From contig CM102284.1 in the NCBI GenBank assembly GCA_046563655.1, positions 4,650,001-4,714,000 on the forward strand: a stretch of DNA of 64,000 nucleotides, written 5' to 3'. This DNA comes from Yuukianura sp. NJ FZ-2021. Taxonomy: Eukaryota. The notes below the pieces were generated by a model, which did not search any database, was not told where the DNA came from, and was given only the letters and a program-made list of their open reading frames with translations. Shown one piece after another: positions 1 to 8,972 of this stretch (position 1 is its first letter; each line of letters starts with the position of its first letter). The translations under genes were made by a program, and so were the position numbers.

Positions 1-54
1 TGAAAACCGTAGAAATTCAAATTCTTTTGAAGTTAACATTTGTCGTTCCCTTAC

Positions 55-1058
55 GTTGCAAGCCATGTCTCCGCAGCATGCCACTCCACAGCAACAGCCA
101 CAAGCGCAAGGTCGCGTCACGTTAAAAATTTTGCGTCCACTAGCATCCAGAACGTAGAATACAAATGGTCGACCGGTTTTCCAGCAGCAAATTTTGCAGT
201 AGCTGTTGGTTTCGCAGAGCACAAAGAGGCGTTCCCCGTTTTGATCAAAAACGTCATACTTGAGAGCTTCATCGGAAGAAGGAATACCGACTGTGGAACC
301 AAAACAAAATGGTTGACCTTTTGACCTGAGTTCAACTATTTCTTATACCAATTTTGTATTGACAGAACTTACTTTCCAGTGGACTGTTGTTAATTTTCAA
401 GATGAAATGAGAAACGTTTTGCAGAATTAAGCCAAGGTCAACTGATGTCGGAGTTGGCATGAAGCTGACTTTCGGCTTATATTCGGCAAAACGGCCACTC
501 GATTTTTTAAGATTAAAATATCATCTTATATCAACTCTTGGGTGTAGATTCTGAATCTGAAATCCGTTTTTGGCGGTCGCACCTCCTTCTTAGTAAGATT
601 TATTAATTAAGATTCTAATTAACGATGTGAATTTCACATAAAGAATGAGAATTCCAAGTGTAACCAATGGATACCAAGAATTGTAGTTTGTTATACCCCC
701 GCGCCGAAGGCGCGCGTTAGGTTTGGTTAGCATTTAACAGCAACAATTTCTAATCTCCATTGGTTACATAATAAAAAATCTCATTCTGTATGTAAAATCC
801 TCATTAGAATCTTAATTAATGAATCTTACCAAGAAGGAGGTGTGACCGCCAAAAACGGATTTCAGATTCGGAATCTACACCCAAAAGTTGATATAAAACG
901 ATATTTTAATCGTAAAAAATCGAGTGGCCGTTTTGCCGAATTTGTTCCCTGACTTTCTTATTCGCATTTTCCTGATTGTTATTTTGGACATCGGGCAACA
1001 CTGGAGGAGTGGTTGGATTCGCGTTCGCCACAACGGTCGGATTCTGCGGCTGCGCCAT
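55..1058 (-). CDS. Phospholipid scramblase family protein, partial (continues past window start); coding segments 1058-954, about 475-373, 290-55; interrupted by the MITE at 474-948
   Basis: Manual translation gives a Pro/Asn-rich N-terminus MAQPQNPT..., then FMPTPTSVDLGLILQNVSHFILKINNSPLE and IGIPSSDEALKYDVFDQNGERLFVLCETNSYCKICCWKTGRPFVFYVLDASGRKIFNVTRPCACGCCCGVACC. This matches the PLSCR layout (KY.I...G..lf...E....C...CC....RPF...vlD..g..i..v.RP..C..CC). GT-AG intron 372-291 is phase-consistent; donor GTAAGG at 54. Confidence 0.8.
474..948. mobile_element. Mutator-like foldback MITE (475 bp) with long TIRs and 9-bp TSD
   Basis: Long imperfect inverted repeats (TTCGGCAAAACGGCCACTCGATTTTT... 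at 482 versus ...AAAAATCGAGTGGCCGTTTTGCCGAA ending 940), GG...CC termini, perfect 9-bp direct repeat CTGACTTTC at 465-473 and 949-957. Confidence 0.9.
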
Positions 1059-1290
1059 TTCAAACAAGAAACTCCAATTTAGAAACAACTACGGAAAAGT
1101 AATTGTCAAGTCGTCACATCGTGCATGTATCGCATATCCGTCGTCACTGAACGCCCTTGCTTGTTGTGTTTGTCCAGTTGTTTGTTTTGTACACTGGAAA
1201 AAGCGTTGCTAAGATAAAATTATCAAAAAAGTTAAACTTTAGTGCTAAAGATCCATTTATTTCTAGAAGTTCAAGACCTATAAAGTTTAG

Positions 1291-3391
1291 TTACATTGGG
1301 CAATTATGGGCCCATCTTGGAAATGGCGTTACATCTTTGATATTTGATCGTCCTAGGAGTAGCTGAAGTAGTCTGTCAAAGCCTAATCCGAAACCTCCAG
1401 AAGGAACTCCACCGAATTCTCGAAGTTCAAAGTACCAGGCCATGGACTGCTTCAATTTTCCAGAAGGATCCAGTGCCATAACGTTTGAATCCAGTTGAAC
1501 CATGTCGTTCTCCCTTAGACTTCCTCCGCAGAGTTCACCTATGCGAGGCACAAGCAAATCCACAGCTGAAACCTGTAGTTCACAATCAATTAACTCAAAT
1601 CAACATGAATATTATGAGAACGTGCTACTAAATGTTAGTAAAACTAGCTTACCAATTCGGGATCATCGATGCAACGTCTCATGTAAAATGGCTTGATGTC
1701 ACGAGGCCAGTTTACGACAAAAATTGGAGTGTCATCGTTCAGTTTTTCCACAAGAAATAGCTCTTGCTCTCGGTTTAGCCCTTGCCCGTCCAGTATCCGT
1801 GTTCCCATGTTGTCCTCAATCTGCTTTCGGGCTTCATTGAACGTCATGATGGTAAAACGTTTCTTGAGTATTCGCTCCAGGAGGTTCTGTAAATCAGATA
1901 AGTGAAATTTTAAATATGGAAAATTAATCAGCTCAATTAGTTTGATTGCTGCGCACCTTCGTGTCCTTTTGGTCTTCACAGCAGTAGTTCCATTCGCTGC
2001 TGGATTCAAACAGGATATGATTTATACAAAACTTCACAAGGTCCTCCATAACGCTCAGAATTTCTTGGATTTGATAAGCGAATGCAAGTTCGGCTTCCAC
2101 CATGTAGAATTCTGCTAGATGTCGAGTTGACTGCGCATTCTCAGCACGGAACACTGGGGACATTGTCCAAACGCGGTCGAGGCCACTGTGTAAACAAGAA
2201 AAACTTTTTGTGAGAAAGTTCAACATATTTTTCAGAAAAGCAATCAAATTCGTGAAAAATCTTACCCGACGGCGGCCTCCAGATGAAGTTGACTCGATAC
2301 TGTAAGAAATGCTCTGGAATTGAAAAATACTTCGTCAGGGTCTCTAGAAATGGTTTTCCCAGCATTGTCCCTACTGAAGGCAGTCGGCGCCATGTCTTGG
2401 ATGAGCTTCTCACTAAACGGTTTAGCAATGAACACTTCACCGGCTCCCTCGCAGTCATTGGCTGTTAGAACGGGGGTGTGGATTTGAGTAAAATCGTTTT
2501 GCGTAAAGAAATTATGAATGGCAGTCGATGTCGCACTCCTTAGACGCAGAAGAGAAGCAAATCTGTAACATCAAAGATCAACTTTTAGAAAACGTCTTTT
2601 CCTTCTGAAGCAGAAATCAAAACTGTTAGTTTTCTGGTTCCATGCCATTGTGTCAATTGAATTGTATCAACTGCCATTGTATCAACTGAATTGTGTCAAT
2701 TTGAATTGTATCAACGCTCAATTGTATCAACGGCTACTTGTATCAACCAACGTAACCAAACCTAACCTAAGCTAAATTAAGCATTACACTCGTTGACACA
2801 ATTAGTCGTTGATACAATTGACCGGTTGATACAATTCTAGTTGACACAATTCAGTTGATGCAATGGCAGTTGACACAATTCAATTGATACAATGGCGTGC
2901 TACCAGTTTTCTTACTTGCTATTTTTGAATCGAAGATGTGGATGTTGGCGGAGGAGATCCGGATCATGTCTTCCGAATTCTTTTCCAGCGAGAGGGTATT
3001 TCGTTTGGTCACAAGTTCCAAGGACTGTTACTGGAAATGTAGGATGAAGCTCCATCAAGTCTACGTTCCTTGGAGTGGGTACGAGGACTCCAGTAACATC
3101 AATTGACGAGTAAAGTGTCAAATCTGGTGGTTTGTCTTTGGCTTTGATGACAACTGGAATTTTATCCCAAGTAGATCCATCGTTGAGATCCACAAAGACG
3201 TAAGTCTTTTGCTTTCTCAGTGTTCGAACCCAACCCTGTAATAAAAAAATAAATGATTGTGAATAGTTTTTGCCAATAATTCTACTAAACTTTTTTAAAA
3301 AACAAACACAAAACTGAAAACTCCTTATGTATTGTTTCATGTGGATAAGGAGCACCAGACGCAACAAAACCGCGCGAATATTTGAGTTCAT
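1291..3391 (-). CDS. NARS2: Asparagine--tRNA ligase, mitochondrial type; exons about 3391/3236-2916, 2562-2266, 2185-1957, 1886-1653, 1572-1291 (5' end uncertain)
   Basis: OB-fold GWVRTLRKQKTYVFVDLNDGS; HTPVLTANDCEGAGEVF; TVSSQLHLE; motif 2 FRAENAQSTRHLAEFYMVEAE; KPFYM; GELCGGSLRE; motif 3 GGFGLGFDR...IKDVTPFPR; canonical GT-AG junctions. Confidence 0.93.
2636..2904. mobile_element. Foldback MITE (269 bp) in a NARS2 intron, TIRs built from ATTGT(A/G)TCAA subrepeats
   Basis: GGTTCCATGCCATTGTGTCAATTGAATTG... versus ...CAATTCAATTGATACAATGGCGTGCTACC; flanking direct repeat AGTTTTCT at 2628-2635 and 2905-2912; central AACCAAACCTAACCTAA. Confidence 0.88.
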
Positions 3392-3584
3392 TTCAGAGAA
3401 GGTTTTTAGAATCTCTGATTTTTTTTTTTTGCGAAATTCACAATTTTAAAAGTGCTGCTCTGCTTTTGAATTCTGAAAAGGTTGGTCAGTCATTTTCATT
3501 AGCATCGGCCAGGTCAGGGGTCACAAACGAAAAGGTTCCGGAGCTACTCGTGTCCCAATTTAACAATCAAAACTTATTTGCGAT

Positions 3585-4076
3585 ATGCCGGCATCGGAAA
3601 CAAAACCAATTTGCGACAACAGCGAGGCCGAGGCCCCCGCTGAAGATGAGGAAGTTGTGGTAAGTTTTGATTTTTCACGAATTCATAAGAGTTACCGTTT
3701 CATAGTGACCTTACTAACCTTTGACCTCTTTTAACAAATCAATTTCGCAAATTACTATCATTTCTAATTAAAGATACCAAAGTTAACCTGGTTTGCTTTG
3801 TAACAGGATCCCCATGATAAGCTGAGGGATGGCTGCAAACAAAAGCCCGAATGTGCTGCCTTGTTCGAGAAACTGACTACTTGCAATGACCGCGTCAATA
3901 GTCGAACCAAAACAGCTGAAACATGTGCAGAGGAACTAATTGATTTTGTCGAATGCGTTGACAAATGCGTAAGCGTGCTTTGAACACTTAAAATGGAATT
4001 CGATTTGAAATTTACAGTTATGATTATGGTTTCTATATTTTAGGCTTCAAAGAACTTGTTCAAGTATCTCAAGTAA
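3585..4076 (+). CDS. UQCRH: Cytochrome b-c1 complex subunit 6 (hinge protein); exons 3585-3659, 3807-3968, 4044-4076
   Basis: MPASETKPICDNSEAEAPAEDEEVV|DPHDKLRDGCKQKPECAALFEKLTTCNDRVNSRTKTAETCAEELIDFVECVDKC|ASKNLFKYLK*; acidic N-terminus, DP..LR.C, CNDRV, ETC.EEL.DF motifs; all introns phase 0 GT-AG. Confidence 0.95.
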
Positions 4077-4535
4077 CTCGACTTCCGTTTAGAATCCAAT
4101 TGAAATGAAAGTCCAATGAAAAGCACTTTAGAACTTCAAATGCTGTGTAGTAAGTCATATGAAACCAATCAGTTTGAAGAAGTGACACCTTGTCATCTGT
4201 CTAAACCAATTCATTAAATGTAATTGTTGAAAACTGGCTAATAATAAATGATGATGTCTGTAGTCGTTGATTCTGGAATTTGAAGTGTAAGGAATTACTA
4301 ATTTGAAAATTGTATTGTAAAATTAGTATTTACTTGTACTCTGACGTGTTGATCTGGTTGTCCTGTATGAAGAATTGTCTTTACATTGGTACGGCTGACC
4401 CCTGTATCAGTTGCTAGAGATTTTAGTGCTGAAATAGACGAAGACGGTTGAATTCGCATGTTTTGAAGTTTCCATTTGTTCAGTAGAACAAGTTGTCGAG
4501 TCCAGGTTGACGTTTGAGGAATTCCTTTTATCATA

Positions 4536-5662
4536 CCGTATTTTCCCAAATAGTACACCTGGTGTACTAATTTTGTTTTCGACTTCTGGGGGTGGTGTAC
4601 TATTAGGGACCTGGTGTATTATTAGAGACGGTGTACTAATTAATTTTTTAAGAATGAGGATTTTATTCTTAACTAAAACGTTTAGGAATCAGGAGAAAAT
4701 AATTTCTAAATTACTAAAAACTACTCCACTTCGTTTTCAGAATCCGTATCCACAGTGTCCAGCTCGTATTCTTCTTCTCCATTTAAGTCAATCAACACTT
4801 CGTTGTTGTTGTCTTCTTCAGGATCTTCACAAATCTGCAGATCCTCCTCCTTTTGTATATTCCTTGTCGGAATCTCCTGCTAGCCAAGAATCGTAAAGTT
4901 CGGTAAATACGAGCTTTGAAGGGTTTATTCCAGCACAAATCTGGAGCTTGAATATACTTTGTACATCCTCCAGGAATGACTGTCATTGTGGTGTTGTAGC
5001 CAATGAGTTCACTTTTAGTATATTCACTGATGTGACATTTGTAAGAATCCCATGCTAACAAACGATGTTTGAAGGAAAATCGTGTGTACACAGTTTTCAA
5101 CCACTCACGGGTCAGATCATCGTTCATCTAACCATTTGAAGTGCTACGAATTACGATCCCAGTTTCTGTAAACAAAATACTGTTTCAGTATGAATGTAAT
5201 AATGAGGAAAAAAATTTTTATTCACAACAATTACTCACCTAAAGCATTTTCGTTTCTAATCCATGTCCGAATACTCTGTCGATCAATGTTGTATTCTTTA
5301 GCTGCTGCAGAACTTGATTTATCCTTGGCCAATTTCAATACTTTCAATTTGAACTCCAGGTCAAATGATCTTTTTTTGTTGGGAGACATTTTAAGTAAGA
5401 ATACGAATTTTAAGTAAAACAATTTGGAGAAGAAGTAACGTGGAGATAAATACAACAAATGAAGAGCTATAATATTAGCTCAACTAACTTCTCCGGGTGT
5501 TATACTCCTAATGCTACATTACCAAAGACCCTGGTGTACTATTAGAGACCTGGTGTACTATTTGGGACGGTGTACTAATTAATTTTTCGGGCCCTGGACC
5601 TGGTGTACTATTAGGGACCTGGTGTACTATTTAGGTATGGTGTACTATTAGGGAAAATACGG
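4536..5662 (-). mobile_element. pogo-like (Tc1/mariner superfamily) DNA transposon, internally deleted and non-autonomous
   Basis: TIRs CCGTATTTTCCC(A/T)AATAGTACACC at both ends, flanked by TA (4534-4535, 5663-5664); multiple subterminal GGTGTACTA repeats; internal transposase remnants. Confidence 0.92.
4792..5389 (-). pseudogene. Disabled pogo-type transposase (Brinker-like HTH plus partial DDE_1)
   Basis: MSPNKKRSFDLEFKLKVLKLAKDKSSSAAAKEYNIDRQSIRTW (HTH); intron 5238-5166; ETGIVIRSTSNG*MNDD (TAG at 5130-5128 where Trp is expected); LLAWDSYKCH, VIPGGCTKYIQAPDLCWNKPFK; a frameshift follows PFKARI. Confidence 0.88.
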
Positions 5663-6402
5663 TATTTCAATTTCAGAATGCTCTCAAATTGAAAGTGGTC
5701 AGCGGCCAGCGCAAATCCAATTGTCAATTATTGTGTATTTCAATGGAAAAAATTGACGACCGAAATCTGTAAACTATTTGACCTGTGACCCCTCGACGTC
5801 ACCGGTTCCTCACTGGTTGAATTTAAAGTAAATTCACCAAAGAAAAAGGTAAACAAGTCAAATGCTGCTGGCCTTTTGCACATTGGATTGGGAAAAACAA
5901 CGGTAAAAACCAAAATCTTCAATTTGCATGATTTTATTGCCGCCGTTTTATTTCTCATGTCTCAGTGTGTTTTTACATTCACATTCTAGCGGGAAAATTT
6001 TGAATTTTTTGCTACCGCATTTTTCGAATTCCACCATAATCTCTAAACTGTTTTTTTAGTAGTGTTTATCATTTGAATTTCATTCGATTTCTAATTGTTT
6101 ACAGTTATCCAGCTGGCAATACTTGTTTCGCAGATTTGCGTAAAATTCGCGATATTCGTCGCCCGAAAAGGTAAATACTAAATAACTAATCGGTTTTGAG
6201 CACTTCACTGCAATTAATTGCCTACTTTACTTTAGCAGGAATCCGCGGCGCCAGCAGTATTGTGTTGGGAGAAAGATTTACGTCAGTTTCGTTGTTTACA
6301 CAGCGTAAATTACACGGTGTTGGTGTAATTGAACAACGTATCGGTATCATCGGTATCACTCAATTTTGCAATACACCGTGTTGTTCCCTCGGCTTCTAAA
6401 AA

Positions 6403-7590
6403 ATGGTAACATTTAAAGTACCGCCCACACCGACGTTGATGGAGAGCGGTGGAGTAGACGGATTCAAAGGTATGAAATGTTATTTGTACCGTTAAATGAA
6501 CATGAATTATATTTCCGTTTGTTGGTATATAATGTAATAACAACTGATTCCTTTTACCGCAGTACTGGAGTGGAAAATCAGCGAAGAAAGTACGCCAATC
6601 CGACACTTTTTTGTCAAAGAGCACAGAGCTAAAGGTGATGCGAGTCTGCGAAAACCCAATGGTCGTACATTGATAGTTATAAATGTTCCACCTTTAGTCA
6701 CTCAGGTAAATTAATCTCTCAAGGAAGTTCAAACTCACTTAAGTATTTACTAAATATTTCACCGTTGTCTTCAACAGGAAGGCTTAGAAAGAATGTTCAG
6801 TGTCTTTGGAAAAGTCCAGGACGTATTTATCCATCAGAATCCTACAATGACGTTACCAGAAAAGGAAGACCCATTCTTTCCGCTGCAAAAGAACATGATT
6901 ACTGGCTATCGGATGGCGTATATCGTTTACCAATTGGGTGCAAGTGTTGCAGCCATCCTGAAACTTAAACCTAGCGAAATGTCACCCCTAATCCTCGGAA
7001 AGACAGAGACTGGCTTGAAACGCTGGATTTCAATATACAACAGTAGACTAACGGACATGACAACATTGGAAAACCATGTCAAAACGTTTATGTTGAATTA
7101 CGAACAAGCCGAACTACGAAGAAAAGAAGAGGAAAGGAACAACGAAGGAAAAGTCGATGAGGATGGCTGGACAACTGTAACCCGAAGGTAATTTTTGGAC
7201 TCTGGCTAACCTTTTCCCCGAAAAAGTTCAAGTTTCTCGTTACAATTATGATTGAATTGGTTTTGAATTGCAGAGGTAAACGACCAGGAACAGCGAGAAC
7301 AGAAAAGACAGAAGAGAGGTTGAAGACAAAGAAGCGGCGACAAGAGAAGGAATTGATGAATTTTACTCCAACGCAGATCAAAGAAAGTCGAGCAAACCGT
7401 GAGTTCAAATGCAAAATCGTGTGCCTCCTTTACGATACAACTAAGAAACCTTCTCACTCTTGATTTTAATTAAAATACTTTCGTCTTTTCCAAATAATTT
7501 ACAGAGTTGCTGGAGCTGAAGAAGAAGTTTGACGATGACAAGCAGCGGGTGGCACTTCTGAGGCAACAAAGGAAGTTTAGACCATTTTGA
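6403..7590 (+). CDS. RRP7A: Ribosomal RNA-processing protein 7 homolog A; exons 6403-6469, 6563-6705, 6778-7187, 7274-7398, 7505-7590
   Basis: HFFVKEH...RTLIVINVPP RRM-like N-terminus; DEDGWTTVTRRGK; KELMNF..Q.KE; LLELKKKFDDDKQRVALLRQQRKFRPF* C-terminus; phase-consistent GT-AG introns. Confidence 0.93.
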
Positions 7591-7899
7591 CGAAGGACTT
7601 CTCCCTAGAAGTTCACATCAGGATTTTAAGTTCCCATTTTCAATAATTACACAGGGTCATCTCATCTTAACTAACTTGAGTCAACGATTTTTTTTTACAT
7701 TTTTTAATGCTAAAGTATCAGAGATCCAGAAATCGTTTGTCACAGTAAACTAAAATCAGATTTCCTGCCCCTCTATTCCCGACAAACAGATTTTGTCAGG
7801 ATCGGTACGAACCCTACGTTAAAATCGCGGGTTTCCGAACCGCGATATTCACATCACGTCTTCTCGTCGGTCGGCGGTCTGTTGGAGTGCAATTAACTC

Positions 7900-8200
7900 G
7901 ATGAATTCGTCTAAAATGGACGATACAACTTCTCCAAAATGCGCTCTGGATCTGTTGGCCGGAGGAAATAGTCATCAGTGCATTAGTCCAAAATTGACAA
8001 GCGGTAAAGTCGTTGGAAATGGACGGCTGGAAATTGGTTCAAAATTCACGTCGTTGCATTGGTCCAAAATCGACGACGCGAGAATCGTTCGTTCAAAATT
8101 TACGGTATTGTATTGGTTCAATTCTCAAGCTGGACGGCGGGAAATTCGTTTGTTCCTTCAGAAATAACGTCAGTGCATTGATTTGAAATAAACGGTAAAA
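7900..8200. repeat. Degenerate tandem array, unit about 25 bp (core GTCCAAAAT(C/T)GAC)
   Basis: Units such as TCGTCTAAAATGGACG, TAGTCCAAAATTGACA, TGGTTCAAAATTCACG, TGGTCCAAAATCGACG, CGTTCAAAATTTACG recur at multiples of about 25 bp. Confidence 0.6.
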
Positions 8201-8815
8201 TTTATCGCCTGTACTCAATTTACCGGTTAAATTGAGTAAATCCAGTAGTTGGTTAATTTACAGTCCAGTGAAGTGACGACGTAGACATGTTCGATGCCTA
8301 CATATTTTTATTAGAGGTCAATTACCGGTAAATATTAAAGGTGTCAAGTGGGCTAACACCTTTGACTTAATTGAGGTTAGGCAGTTGTACATATTGTAAT
8401 GCTGGTTGGGTGGGAGAGGGGTGTAAGTCGGCTGATGGAAGTGCCATTGGAGGAGATTGGGAAGATACGGGAGGCTCTCCCTCTCTTACTACTTCTGCCG
8501 TATGGATTGGGGATTGCCAGGAGGAGCTGCTTTTGGCAAGCACTTTCAGTTTCAATTCTAAACCCGGCACAAGAAGAGAAACGAACACATCTCTCCTTCA
8601 TCTGATCCACTTTGATTCAATCCATCATCTGTAGAGGGTAACTGGAGTTCCTTTAATCAGTCAGTGTACACTTGTCAACTGGGTCAACATCTCCCGTTAC
8701 TTGATTCATTCGCTGCTCTACGCAGTTGCCTGGTACTTACTGGAGACTGGATTAACTACTACGTAAGTTTGTGTGTTGGATTTACATCTGTTGCGGTCTC
8801 CACCGGTCTTTACAT

Positions 8816-8972
8816 TCAGTTTACACGAAGGATTATTGTAAAGTGGTTAACAAATCGTTTTCATCGTCATCGTTGGATATCTATTCTGGATCATCCGACG
8901 TTCAATATCCGATTCTTCGACGGTTCTCGGACTGAGCATCAATCTTTGCCAATCTTCAAGCAGATACGACAG
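8816..8972 (+). promoter_or_regulatory. Putative TSS (Inr-like TCAGTT) and non-coding first exon of the PKA-RII gene
   Basis: TCAGTT at about 8816; strong donor CAG|GTAAGT at 8972/8973; G/T strand skew begins downstream; acceptor TTTCAG at 17907 precedes the ATG exon. Confidence 0.45.

Noticed and set aside
8367-8634. ORFs open in several frames
   Set aside because: Purine-rich promoter-proximal sequence with few stops; no splice or domain support.
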